Shown here piece after piece: positions 37,393 through 47,022 of a stretch of 64,000 nt of DNA. A model generated the notes under the pieces. It did no database searches, was not told the origin of the DNA, and saw only the letters and a program-made list of their open reading frames with translations. Positions within the stretch are counted from its first letter, which is position 1, and every line of letters begins with the position of its first letter. The stretch is from Candidatus Binatia bacterium (GTDB lineage Bacteria > Desulfobacterota > Binatia > Bin18), in contig OY761159.2 of assembly GCA_963664395.2 (NCBI GenBank), forward strand, positions 2,976,001-3,040,000. Direction: 5' to 3'. A program made the position numbers and the translations under genes.

Positions 37393-38583
37393 ATGCAAAC
37401 GAGAATTCCGGCGGTTTTTATGCGCGGCGGGACCAGCCGGGCGGTCTGCTTCCGAGAGGAGGTCTTGGCTCCCTATCCGCCGCCCGTGCGTGACCGTATT
37501 ATCCTGGCCGCCCTGGGCAGTCCCGATGTTTACGGTCGTCAAATAGACGGCCTCGGCGGTGGGATTTCTTCTCTCAGCAAAGTCGTGATTGTGGGCCGGA
37601 GTCTGGCTGCCGACATCGATGTGACTTTCACCTTTGGTCAGGTTGACGTGCGGACGCCCCACATCGACTGGAGCGGCACCTGTGGCAATATGTCGGCGGC
37701 GGTCGGGCCGTTTGCCATTGATGAGGGCATTGTCCCCGCGGTAGAGCCGGTGACCACAGTCCGCGTGTTCTCGACCAATACGGGTAAACGCTATGTCGCC
37801 CGTGTCCCGGTCTGCGCCGGCCAGGCTGCGGTTGAGGGCGAGTATCGTATTGACGGCGTACCTGCTCCAGGGGCGTGTATTACCCTGGAATACCCGGACC
37901 CGGGTGGCTCGCTCGGCGGAGGGTTGTTGCCCACCGGCCTGCCCCGCCAGCGGTGCGAACTGGCGGACTCACGTGTTGTGACGATCTCGGTTGTGGACGC
38001 CACGATTCCGACGGTCTTCGTTCGTGCCCTTGAGCTGGGTGCCGATGCCACGCAGCTCGCGCCTACACTCGATGCAGCGCAGGCCTTGCAGCAGACCTTG
38101 GAAGAGATTCGGTGCAAATCGGCTATTCTGCTTGGCCTCACCCCGAGTCTTGAGGAGGCTCACGAGAAGTTTCAACATACGCCAAAAGTCGTTTTGGTCG
38201 CCCCACCAGCAGCGTATGCCACAAGTAGTGGAAAAAGGGTGGAGGCGGAAAGCATGGACCTGTTGGCCCGTGCAATTTCCATGCGCAACACGCACCGCAC
38301 CTTTCCGGGGACGGTCGCGATGTGTACCGCTCTTGCCGCTCAGGTTGAAGGCACCGTCGTGTACGAAGTTGCCCGGCGGACGGCCACACACGACATCCGG
38401 ATCGGGCATCCCGCCGGAGTCATGGAGGTCGGGGCGACGGTCTCACGCCAGGGCGGAGAGTGGTACGCCGAGCGGGTGACAACGAAGCGGACGGCGCGGC
38501 GTATTATGGAAGGGTCTATCCTGGTGCCACAAAAATATCTGGACGGCACAGTCTGGTTTGAGGGGGAGAGGGGAGAAACATAG
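37393..38583 (+). CDS. PrpF/FldA-family isomerase
   Basis: FMRGGTSR, GRQIDGLGGG.SSLSK, GTCGNMSAAVGPFA, IGHPAG, RTARRIMEG. Confidence 0.92.
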   Translation: MQTRIPAVFMRGGTSRAVCFREEVLAPYPPPVRDRIILAALGSPDVYGRQIDGLGGGISSLSKVVIVGRSLAADIDVTFTFGQVDVRTPHIDWSGTCGNMSAAVGPFAIDEGIVPAVEPVTTVRVFSTNTGKRYVARVPVCAGQAAVEGEYRIDGVPAPGACITLEYPDPGGSLGGGLLPTGLPRQRCELADSRVVTISVVDATIPTVFVRALELGADATQLAPTLDAAQALQQTLEEIRCKSAILLGLTPSLEEAHEKFQHTPKVVLVAPPAAYATSSGKRVEAESMDLLARAISMRNTHRTFPGTVAMCTALAAQVEGTVVYEVARRTATHDIRIGHPAGVMEVGATVSRQGGEWYAERVTTKRTARRIMEGSILVPQKYLDGTVWFEGERGET

Positions 38584-38606
38584 GGGCGAAGCAAAATGCT
38601 TCGCCC
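38581..38606. repeat. GTAG-type REP-like palindrome
   Basis: TAGGGGCGAAGCA-AAA-TGCTTCGCCC between convergent genes. Confidence 0.55.
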
Positions 38607-38637
38607 AAGCCGGCTTCGTCTTCTTGAGACACTCAGA

Positions 38638-39099
38638 TCAACCTGAACAGTCCTGCATTAACTCCAAGGTCGTGCCATCCGGATCACGAAAATACACGGC
38701 CTTGACCTTCCCGTAGCCTTCCCCCTCCAGATCAAACATCTGTGGAGGTGAATAAAACTCAACTCCCTTGGCGCTCAGGTCCTGGTAGGTCTTTTCAATA
38801 TCCTTGACCCAAAACGCAACCTCTGTGATACCGGGGTTGGCAAGTCCCGGATACGGTTTGCCCGTGTCGCCCGGCTCAATGAAGTGCAGGAGTTCAATCG
38901 GCGGACCTTTGGGGTCATCTTCGTAACGCAGGTAGACGGCGCGCAGTTTTGTATTAGGCACCTGCGTGACCGTGCTTGCCTCTTCCCCTGCAATGGTCAC
39001 ATCACCGATGACCTTGAGTCCAAGCGTGTCCCGGTAAAACTCAACTGCCCGGTCCATATTCCGAACGGTAATCCCAACATGTGCAACAGCTCCGAGCAT
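38638..39099 (-). CDS. VOC/glyoxalase family protein
   Basis: HVGITV.NMDRAVEFY, IELLHF, YFRDPDGTTLEL; AAGGAGG RBS. Confidence 0.9.
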   Translation of the reverse strand: MLGAVAHVGITVRNMDRAVEFYRDTLGLKVIGDVTIAGEEASTVTQVPNTKLRAVYLRYEDDPKGPPIELLHFIEPGDTGKPYPGLANPGITEVAFWVKDIEKTYQDLSAKGVEFYSPPQMFDLEGEGYGKVKAVYFRDPDGTTLELMQDCSG

Positions 39100-39122
39100 A
39101 AGCGTTCCCTCCTTAGCATGAC

Positions 39123-39155
39123 TCCCCTCTTGGGAGGGGTGGCGCATAGCGCCGG
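39123..39155. repeat. REP-like palindromic element (family A)
   Basis: TCCCCTCTTGGGAGGGGTGGCGCATAGCGCCGG. Confidence 0.7.
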
Positions 39156-39232
39156 TTTCTTTGTTCCTAGCACAGTTCTCTGGCACAATGGGAGAGGACA
39201 GCGGCGATTATGTATGTTGGGCGTCCGGGAGC

Positions 39233-39718
39233 TTACAACCCATACCCGGTCGTGACTTCAACCTGAATATTATCCGGGTCACGCACATACACCGAGCCTT
39301 TCTCACGCGAGCCATGGAGAGAATACGGCACCCGCTTTTCGTCCAGACTATTGAGCAATGACTGAAACTGCTCAGGTGTCGCCTTGAGCGCAATATGGTG
39401 CATGCTGCCCACGCCCCGCACTGTTGGCTGGGTGTCTTTCTCCGGAAAATCAAAGAACGCCAGTTGGTTCCCGCCACCCATATCCAGAAAGATATGGGTG
39501 GACGTTGGCTCGTCACGATTTGTGATGACATTGGTCAGCCGCATGCCGATAACCTCGGTATAGAACTGCACCGTCTTCTCAAGGTCCAAACAGATCAGAG
39601 CCAGATGATCGACGCCGCCGGTATACTGCGGTGGCGGTTTGTCGTCTGAGGGATGTTTTGGGAGATATTTTTGCTTGAGCGTGTCCCGACGCACTTGATA
39701 GGTATTGAGGTCTGTCAT
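39233..39718 (-). CDS. VOC/glyoxalase family protein
   Basis: GVDHLAL, LAFFDF, MHHIAL, SVYVRDPDNIQVE. Confidence 0.9.
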   Translation of the reverse strand: MTDLNTYQVRRDTLKQKYLPKHPSDDKPPPQYTGGVDHLALICLDLEKTVQFYTEVIGMRLTNVITNRDEPTSTHIFLDMGGGNQLAFFDFPEKDTQPTVRGVGSMHHIALKATPEQFQSLLNSLDEKRVPYSLHGSREKGSVYVRDPDNIQVEVTTGYGL

Positions 39719-39784
39719 GCTTTCCCCCTATGCCGCTTTTCTTTTGCGCGAAGTTTTCTTGTGTCCTTCCTGATGCAAAATTCC

Positions 39785-41326
39785 TTACAAGCGTTCCCAG
39801 TCCACACTTTGCTCAAACGCATACGCAACCTGAAAGAGCGTGCTCTCCTTCCACCGTCGGCCAACGAGCTGCAGGCCGATTGGTAAGCCGTCGCGCAGGC
39901 CGCAGGGCAGATTCAGCGCGGGGTGGCCTGATAAATTAAACGGACTGGTATTCTGGCCGGCTGCTGCGCTGCGCCGGACGAGATCTTTGAGTCCTAATCC
40001 GGCTTCGAGCCTTGGGGCGCGCATGGGCGTGGTGGGCATGGCAAGAATATCAACTTCCTGAAGAGCGCGTTCGATCTGTTGGGTGAAGCTGAGGCGGAGA
40101 TTCTGGGCCAGAGCGTAATAGCGATTGTTGTACTCGCGGCGGAGATAATTCCCAACCGGCAGAATGAGTTTCAGAAACGGTGGCAGGTCGTTGGCCCGGG
40201 CGCGGCGGGCGCGCCCAAAGGTTTCGACCCAGCCGACATTGCTCGCGCCGCCATGCCCGTAGCCTTCCCCGTCAGACTCGATCATGGCCGGGATCGAATG
40301 GCTGGCAATGCCCGTCCAAATGGCCCAGGCGTTTTTGAACATGGGCAGAGAAATTTCAGTGCAGGTGGCACCCAGGGTACCGAGCTGAGCGATTCCTTTT
40401 TGAAAGGCGTCAACAACTTCGGGCTCGACGGCCCGGCCTTCCAATCCTTCTTTGACAATCCCGATACGGAGCCCTTGAATGTCGGTTGTCAGCGCTTGGG
40501 TGTACGGCTCAGTCTGAATTGCACCGCGGACCCACTGGGGGTCACGCGGGTCGTCGCCGGCAATCACCTCAAGTGTCTGAGCAACCTCTTGGACGCTACG
40601 TGCCATAGGACAAATAAAGTCCAAAGTATGGTCCATATAGGTCAAGCCAAAAGAGGGCACGAGGCCATGCGTAGCTTTGATACTGGTAATGCCACACCAA
40701 GCCGCTGGGATACGGCCACTGCCGCCTTCATCCACCCCCAGGGCGATATCGACATCACCATTGGCAACCGCAGCGCCACTACCACCGGATGAACCACCCG
40801 GTGAGTGGTCCGGGTTTCGTGGGTTGCGGGCATAGCCGAACTCGCTGGTTTCCGCGGAAGGGGAGAGCGCGAAACTGTCCATATTGAGCTTACCGACGAT
40901 TTCAGCGCCAGCGTCTAACAGACGCTCGACTACAGTGGCGTCACAATCCGGCACATAGCCTTCCGCCAGCCGGGAGCCATTCGTCAGCGGAATGCCTGCC
41001 ACGGCGATGTTATCTTTCAGGCCGACTTTCTTACCGGCGAGCGGACCGCTGGATGCACCGGTGACACGACACTTGCGGATAAAAATATTATACGGATCTT
41101 CTTCTGGAGTAGGCCGATAACCGGGGTCGCGGTCGGTGTATTTTATGGGCCAGCGTGGCTGGGGCAGATCGTCCAGACGATCCAATGTACTGAGCAGCCC
41201 CTCGCTGAGCTCCTCAATGTCGAGCGCTTCCTGGGGTGTGAGGCGAAGATAGGACAGCGCGGCCAAATCAGACAATTCTTGGGCGCTCGGCCGCCTGATT
41301 TTCCCGGTTGAGCGGAGTCGTCGCAT
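39785..41326 (-). CDS. Amidase signature family enzyme
   Basis: LKDNI, PGGSSGGSGAAV, GVDEGGSGRIPAAWCG. Confidence 0.93.
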   Translation of the reverse strand: MRRLRSTGKIRRPSAQELSDLAALSYLRLTPQEALDIEELSEGLLSTLDRLDDLPQPRWPIKYTDRDPGYRPTPEEDPYNIFIRKCRVTGASSGPLAGKKVGLKDNIAVAGIPLTNGSRLAEGYVPDCDATVVERLLDAGAEIVGKLNMDSFALSPSAETSEFGYARNPRNPDHSPGGSSGGSGAAVANGDVDIALGVDEGGSGRIPAAWCGITSIKATHGLVPSFGLTYMDHTLDFICPMARSVQEVAQTLEVIAGDDPRDPQWVRGAIQTEPYTQALTTDIQGLRIGIVKEGLEGRAVEPEVVDAFQKGIAQLGTLGATCTEISLPMFKNAWAIWTGIASHSIPAMIESDGEGYGHGGASNVGWVETFGRARRARANDLPPFLKLILPVGNYLRREYNNRYYALAQNLRLSFTQQIERALQEVDILAMPTTPMRAPRLEAGLGLKDLVRRSAAAGQNTSPFNLSGHPALNLPCGLRDGLPIGLQLVGRRWKESTLFQVAYAFEQSVDWERL

Positions 41327-41346
41327 AGGGGTGGTCCTTGCGCTTC

Positions 41347-43086
41347 TTATTTCGCGGCGACTGCACGGCGTCGCAGGGTTTCTTCGGTATCGATGGCCAT
41401 GCTGTCCGGCTGGATCACGACGCCGTAATCACGCTCCGCACTGTCTAGGCTGATAAATTCATCCAGTACGTCATCGAGGACTTTTTGAGGATCACGGGCA
41501 AGGGGGTTGCCCCAGCCGCCCCCTCCGCCCTTAAAGGTGGCAATGATCGAGCCTGGTGGCGAGGGGCGATTAGTGGCTGACTCAAGCACTTCTTCCTCAT
41601 GCTCTGTTCCCCAATTCAGGACATAGCGGCTGCTCGCGCCGTTCTTTCCGCCAGCAAAGCCAGGCGAGGAGTGGCGCACGCCTGTCAGCGCGACGTTGAT
41701 CATGGACGTGTCCCGGACGCTTTCCCGCTTCATGGCAAAACCCGGCACCCCGCGCCACTGGCCTGGTGCGGCCGTATCACTAACGTATTCGTACTGGTGG
41801 TAGAAAAAGGGGAATTGAATCTCGCTCATTTCAACGGTGGAGTAAATAAGACCGCACATGGGGGCCGGCCAGCCGCCCCAGCCGTCTTGACCCTGAGTCC
41901 CACCGGCGGCCACGAGTGTATTCCCGTACTCAATGGTCACAAACATTTCGCCATACCGGGAGTCATGCCCATAGGTGGTGCACAGACAGTAGTTCAGCGA
42001 CACCGAGCCGACTTTGTTGGGAATGGCCTGCTCCAAGGCCCGCATGGTTGCCGTGCCGACATCTCCGCCAATAACGACCGTGCTGAACATACACGGGGCT
42101 GGCGGGAGCGGGTTCACGACGGTGCCTTCCGGCGCAGTGATGGCCACGGCTCGAAACACACCGGAGTTGATCGGGATGTCTTCGGGCAGCACCGAACACA
42201 AGGCGGTGTAGACCCACGAGGCCGTATTGCCAAAAGGACTATTCACAAAGCCCGGCGTTTCAGGGCTGGAGCCGCTCAGGTCAACGCTCAGATCAGAGCC
42301 ATTGATGGTGACGGTTGTTTTGACTTCGATATCATGGTTGCCAAGACTATCGTGATCCAGAGTCGCGCTGCCCCGGTATTCTCCGTCCGGCCACTTGGCG
42401 ACCTCGGCCCGAAAGCGCTTTTCAGCATAGTCGAGCGTGTATTCAATGCTTTCATTGACGACATCCCCCCCATATTTGGTGAACAAGGCGTGCACGCGCT
42501 GCTCCGCCAGATTACACGCCCCGAACATGGCGGCCATATCGCCCCGCAAGACATTGGGAATGCGCGAGTTGGCCAGGATCCAGTCGAGCATGTCTTGACG
42601 CAAGACGCCCTTATCGAAGAGTTTGATAGGCGGAATACGCAGGGCTTCCTGCCAAATATCTTTGGCCTCGGGATTATACCCACCAGCGACCGGCCCGCCA
42701 AAATCGGCCATGTGAGCGCGGACCGAGGGGAACAGCACCGGCTTACCGTCAAAGAAGACGGGTTTCATCACCGTCCAGTCGGCGTGATGCGTGCCGCCGT
42801 AATACGGGTCGTTCAGCATGACGATGTCGCCTTCGTGCAGATCGTCTTGAAACGATTCCATCAGGGCTTCAACTGAAAGAATGGAGGCAAAGATATGGAC
42901 GGGAATAGCCGTCGCGCGGGCGACCAGGCGCACGTTGCTGCCATCATAAAAGAACACACCGGTCGAGTAGTCGTGCACCTCATTGAACAGCGGATGCACG
43001 GCCGTGCGCTCAACCGTTTTACTCATTTCTTCAGAAATCGCCTCTAAGGAATCTTTGATAACCAGGGCGGTAATACGGTCGATCAT
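41347..43086 (-). CDS. Hydantoinase B/oxoprolinase subunit
   Basis: NEVHDYS, NDPYYGGTHHAD, AHMADFGG, EALRIPP, GGGGGWGNP. Confidence 0.93.
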   Translation of the reverse strand: MIDRITALVIKDSLEAISEEMSKTVERTAVHPLFNEVHDYSTGVFFYDGSNVRLVARATAIPVHIFASILSVEALMESFQDDLHEGDIVMLNDPYYGGTHHADWTVMKPVFFDGKPVLFPSVRAHMADFGGPVAGGYNPEAKDIWQEALRIPPIKLFDKGVLRQDMLDWILANSRIPNVLRGDMAAMFGACNLAEQRVHALFTKYGGDVVNESIEYTLDYAEKRFRAEVAKWPDGEYRGSATLDHDSLGNHDIEVKTTVTINGSDLSVDLSGSSPETPGFVNSPFGNTASWVYTALCSVLPEDIPINSGVFRAVAITAPEGTVVNPLPPAPCMFSTVVIGGDVGTATMRALEQAIPNKVGSVSLNYCLCTTYGHDSRYGEMFVTIEYGNTLVAAGGTQGQDGWGGWPAPMCGLIYSTVEMSEIQFPFFYHQYEYVSDTAAPGQWRGVPGFAMKRESVRDTSMINVALTGVRHSSPGFAGGKNGASSRYVLNWGTEHEEEVLESATNRPSPPGSIIATFKGGGGGWGNPLARDPQKVLDDVLDEFISLDSAERDYGVVIQPDSMAIDTEETLRRRAVAAK

Positions 43087-43111
43087 GCTCCTGCTCCTTT
43101 ATCCTGCTCCT

Positions 43112-44284
43112 TTATGCTGGCTGCGTCGGGAACGGACAGCCGGCACGGCCACACCCGGTGACGGTAAAGGGCAGTGGGGGTGGGGTGACCTGCGCTTCCA
43201 ACTGATGGGCCGGCGGCAGCGTACAGTGCGCCTGACGCAGGGCCGCGGCTACGGCCTGAACGATTGCCTGACTTGGCTGGTAGGGCGACCAGCCAACAGA
43301 CATGGGCAACTTGGCGTGTAAAAAAGTATCGTCAGGAAGGGATATCCGCAGGTGCTGGAAAATTCCTTCATTGGCCGGCAGAGAGGGCCAGAGAGAGAAA
43401 AAGGGAATCGTAGCCGCGGCCAGAGTGGTTGCCGCGGTGGTGTTCACAAAGCCTTTCGCCGCAGGAGAACTGCCGGAGAAGTCAAGCGCAACGGATTCGT
43501 CCGCAACGATCGCTCGGACCTGAACGTTCAAATCCGTTTCTTCCAAACAACAGTGTAGTGGAGAACTCTCCCCCTGCCATTCTCCGGGTGGAAGCGCAGA
43601 CAGGGCGGCCTGAGTCCTGGCGGCAGTGCCGGTGATGAGGTGGTCCAGGGCTTGCGCATAGACTGCCGGGGTCTGGCTGGTGGCCACGGCTGTAACGGCC
43701 GTATTGGACAGCTCCAGAATGGCAACCATACTCTCCACGTCTTTTTCTATCAGATGCGGCAGCCGGCTATTGAGTGTCAGCAGTGTGAGCGCGTCGCGTC
43801 GTAAGACTCCCTTCCGGTAGAGCTTGGCCGGCGTGACTCGAATGCCCTCAGCCCAAATTTCGAGGGCAAAAGGATAATACCCGCCCAATGCCATGCCACC
43901 GAGGTCGGGCAGGGGCGTCTGGACAATGGCCCAACTGACGAGCCGGTCAGCGACAAAGAGCGGTCGCAGCAGAGTCAGATCCTGAATATGCGTCCCGCCC
44001 GAAAACGGGTCGTTGGTGAGGATGATGTCTCCCTCAGCCACATCGTCGCCAAAGGTGTCGCAGACCGCACGGGCCACTGCCCGGACACTGCCCAGGCGAG
44101 CCGGGGTGTCTATATCAACCACGCGGCCATCCGCTGTTGCGAGTGCACCTGTGACGTGGCGACGATCGATTAAGGCTAAAGACGCAAGCCGCCGCAGGAG
44201 TGTCGGCCGCGCGCGTCTGAGTGTCGCCTCGAGTGTCGTGATGACTTCTTGGTGTGGGTCGGTGTGATGACGGGTAGATGCCAT
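43112..44284 (-). CDS. Divergent, shortened hydantoinase B-like subunit
   Basis: NDPFSGGTHIQD, PDLGG (conserved His absent), EGIRVTP, LDFSGS; C-terminal third missing; ends GCGRAGCPF. Confidence 0.8.
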   Translation of the reverse strand: MASTRHHTDPHQEVITTLEATLRRARPTLLRRLASLALIDRRHVTGALATADGRVVDIDTPARLGSVRAVARAVCDTFGDDVAEGDIILTNDPFSGGTHIQDLTLLRPLFVADRLVSWAIVQTPLPDLGGMALGGYYPFALEIWAEGIRVTPAKLYRKGVLRRDALTLLTLNSRLPHLIEKDVESMVAILELSNTAVTAVATSQTPAVYAQALDHLITGTAARTQAALSALPPGEWQGESSPLHCCLEETDLNVQVRAIVADESVALDFSGSSPAAKGFVNTTAATTLAAATIPFFSLWPSLPANEGIFQHLRISLPDDTFLHAKLPMSVGWSPYQPSQAIVQAVAAALRQAHCTLPPAHQLEAQVTPPPLPFTVTGCGRAGCPFPTQPA

Positions 44285-44285
44285 A

Positions 44286-46361
44286 TCACTCGACCTCAAT
44301 CACATACGTGAGGTGCTCGTCGAGGCTCGCCCGCTGGCCGGCAAAAAGGACGATTGAGGTCCGTGCTTCTTCAATAATGGCTGGGCCGACAACACAGTTC
44401 CCCGGCACGATCTGCTCTCCAGTGTAAATATCCGTCTCAACATAGTCTTGGGCTGAGGCCGAATAGACAGGCCGGCTGCCTTGTAATGCAGCGCGCGCAT
44501 CCTGACTGCCCCGGCGGGCTGTTTGCAAACTCGGCTTTGATCTTCGCCCGACGAGGTCGAGGTGGATGTTCAGAATTTCGACTTCGTCCTCGGGCTTTTG
44601 AAAGGTGTACAACTGTTCATGCAGGTTGTGAAATCCCTGGATAGTCGTCTCCATATCTGTGGCACTCAGCTGCTCTCCCCGCTGCGCAACCGGAACCGCC
44701 ACCTCATGCGTCTGGCCACTATAGCGCATCTCAAGCGAGAATTGGACGAAAGTCTGCTCCAGGTGACTCTGCTGACTCCCAAACAGGACGCGGGCTTCCT
44801 CGTGCATACGCCGGAACTGCTCGTTCATTGCCTGCAGATCAATCTCACTCCCGCGCGCATAGAAACTGCGTACTCGACTCACCCGTAGATCGGACAAGAG
44901 ATCGCCCAGGGCGCACAGGACCGGGGCGGTGCCTTTGGGAATAAGGATGGTCTGAATGCCAAGGTCTTCAACCAATGCCCCGGCATGGATTGCGCCGGCC
45001 CCGCCAAAAGCGGTCAGGGCGAAGTCACGCGGGTCGTATCCTTTTGCCAGAGAAACCTGCCGCACACTATTGCTCATACTATTATTGACAATACGAAAGA
45101 TGCCACTCGCCGCTTCCAGCAGGCTCATCTCCAGCGGCTGAGCGACCTTGGCCTCAATTGCCCGTCGGGCCGCCTCAGCGTTCAGCTGCATTGCGCCGCC
45201 CAGGAAAGAATCCGGACTGATATAGCCCAGGACCACGTCTGCATCCGTGACCGTGGCCTCCTGGCCGCCAAAGCCGTAACACGCCGGGCCCGGATGGGCC
45301 CGAGCGCTCTGTGGGCCAACGCGCAGAGCGCCTCCCTCGTCGACCCAGGCGATACTGCCTCCACCCGCGCCAATGGTATGAATATCAATAAATGGCACCG
45401 CAACCCGGTACCGACTCATCCACTGCTCGGTTCCGGTCTTGGGACGCCCATCCTGAACCAGGCATACGTCGAAGCTCGTGCCCCCCATATCAACGGTGAT
45501 GACATCTTTGAAACCGGAGGCCTGGCCCAGATACGCGCCAGCCACAACTCCGCTGGCCGGCCCGGATAGGAGGGCCTGCACGCCGTGGGCGCTGGCTTGT
45601 TCCAGGCCAACGACTCCGCCATTCCCTTGCATAATGAAGATGTCGCCTTGGAAGCCACGCTCACGGAGTTCTGCGTCCAGCCGCTGTAAATACTTCTGTA
45701 AGCGAGGGGTGATATAGGCATCGACCAGAGTTGTGCTCAAGCGTTCGAATTCCCGGACTTGGGGCAGGACCTCTGACGAAAGTGAGATATGGACAGCGGG
45801 CAGCAGCTCGCGGATAATCTCTTGAGTCCGGAGTTCGTGGACAGGATTCAAAAACGAAAAAAGATAACACACCGCTATGGCTTCGACCTGTCTATCCGCC
45901 AGGCGCTGTACAGCCGTACGGACTTCATCCTCCGCCAGGGGTTTGACGACCTGACCGGCATAATCAATCCGCTCGGTCACGCCGAGGCGACAGCGGCGCG
46001 GGACGATTTGATACGGGGCCGGGAGGCGCAGGTCAAAGGCGGCTTCTTTGTAGTTGCGGCGGATCTCTATGGTATCGCGAAAACCGGCGGTGGTGATAAG
46101 GCCGGTGTTGGCTCCGGTGTATTCCAGCATGGTGTTGGTGGCGACCGTTGTGCCATGGACGACAACCGATATCTGACTGAGAAAGTCGTGCTCGGTCAGT
46201 CCGTATTTGAGTGCCAGTTTGCCGATGCCACTGAGCACCCCAAGGGCCTGGTTCTCTCCTGTCGTCAGGACTTTCTCGGTGTGAGTCTGTCCCGCCTCGT
46301 CCGCACACACCAGGTCGGTAAAAGTCCCTCCGACGTCGATGCCTAAGCTATAGGTTGTCAT
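44286..46361 (-). CDS. Hydantoinase A/oxoprolinase ATP-binding subunit
   Basis: GIDVGGTFTD, HGTTVATN, LSGPASG, DMGGTSFD, GAGGGSIA, FGGAGAIH. Confidence 0.95.
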   Translation of the reverse strand: MTTYSLGIDVGGTFTDLVCADEAGQTHTEKVLTTGENQALGVLSGIGKLALKYGLTEHDFLSQISVVVHGTTVATNTMLEYTGANTGLITTAGFRDTIEIRRNYKEAAFDLRLPAPYQIVPRRCRLGVTERIDYAGQVVKPLAEDEVRTAVQRLADRQVEAIAVCYLFSFLNPVHELRTQEIIRELLPAVHISLSSEVLPQVREFERLSTTLVDAYITPRLQKYLQRLDAELRERGFQGDIFIMQGNGGVVGLEQASAHGVQALLSGPASGVVAGAYLGQASGFKDVITVDMGGTSFDVCLVQDGRPKTGTEQWMSRYRVAVPFIDIHTIGAGGGSIAWVDEGGALRVGPQSARAHPGPACYGFGGQEATVTDADVVLGYISPDSFLGGAMQLNAEAARRAIEAKVAQPLEMSLLEAASGIFRIVNNSMSNSVRQVSLAKGYDPRDFALTAFGGAGAIHAGALVEDLGIQTILIPKGTAPVLCALGDLLSDLRVSRVRSFYARGSEIDLQAMNEQFRRMHEEARVLFGSQQSHLEQTFVQFSLEMRYSGQTHEVAVPVAQRGEQLSATDMETTIQGFHNLHEQLYTFQKPEDEVEILNIHLDLVGRRSKPSLQTARRGSQDARAALQGSRPVYSASAQDYVETDIYTGEQIVPGNCVVGPAIIEEARTSIVLFAGQRASLDEHLTYVIEVE

Positions 46362-46397
46362 GGTCTGTTACGAATGCTGCCTGCCGGGGGCGTTGCG

Positions 46398-46504
46398 TCC
46401 CCTCCTCGGAGGGGTGGTCCTGAGCTTGTCGAAGGGCCGGGGTGGGTTCCTGGACCGGCCCGAAACACACCCCGCCGCTATGCGGCACCCCTCTCAAGAG
46501 GGGA
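46398..46504. repeat. Composite element: two inverted family-A REP units, the left one containing TCCTGAGCTTGTCGAAGG
   Basis: Left unit matches the 25398 copy; right unit closely matches the reverse complement of the 39123 copy. Confidence 0.75.
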
Positions 46505-46526
46505 AATCTATTGACGACGAGACCTA

Positions 46527-46994
46527 CTACCCGACAAATTGCTGATTGACCCAGCCCTGCTCAAACGGGGTCCAGCACTCTGGGGCGAGGATCAGGTTTT
46601 GTATTTTCCACTCACCGTCCACCCGGACGTATGCTTCTTCGTATTTGGCCACACCCCAGACAGCCTGCTCGCCGCCTTTGACCATGGTGCAGGGCTCTAA
46701 GAGGTACCAATAGCCGCTGGCCCGGTCGCCGTTGACTTCAAGGCGCGGATTCATAACGTAGTGGATGGCAAACGACAGGACCTCAGGAATAGTGCGAAAA
46801 AAGTCCCGAATGGCGGCTTTGCCTTCATAGTGTCCGAAGGTGCCGCCGTCCCATACGGCGTCTTCGGTGAAGCAGCCGACAAACTTCTCTTCATCCCGTT
46901 CGTCCGCCCCGGCACAGTAACGGGCCTTGAGCTTTTTGAGGGCTTCGATGTCTTCGAGCGTTTGGACTCGTTGGGCGATATCTTCGAGATTCAT
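46527..46994 (-). CDS. NTF2/SnoaL-like family protein
   Basis: LEDIEALKKLKARYC...FTEDAVW...HYVMNP...YVRVDGEWKI; AAGGAGG RBS. Confidence 0.9.
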   Translation of the reverse strand: MNLEDIAQRVQTLEDIEALKKLKARYCAGADERDEEKFVGCFTEDAVWDGGTFGHYEGKAAIRDFFRTIPEVLSFAIHYVMNPRLEVNGDRASGYWYLLEPCTMVKGGEQAVWGVAKYEEAYVRVDGEWKIQNLILAPECWTPFEQGWVNQQFVG

Positions 46995-47022
46995 AACTCC
47001 CTCCTTCTGTTTAGAGCCTGGT

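Noticed and set aside
36157-37662. 501-aa minus-strand ORF
   Set aside because: Antisense to the LLM and PrpF genes; long shadow ORFs are expected at high GC.
41599-42876. 425-aa plus-strand ORF
   Set aside because: Antisense shadow of hydantoinase B.
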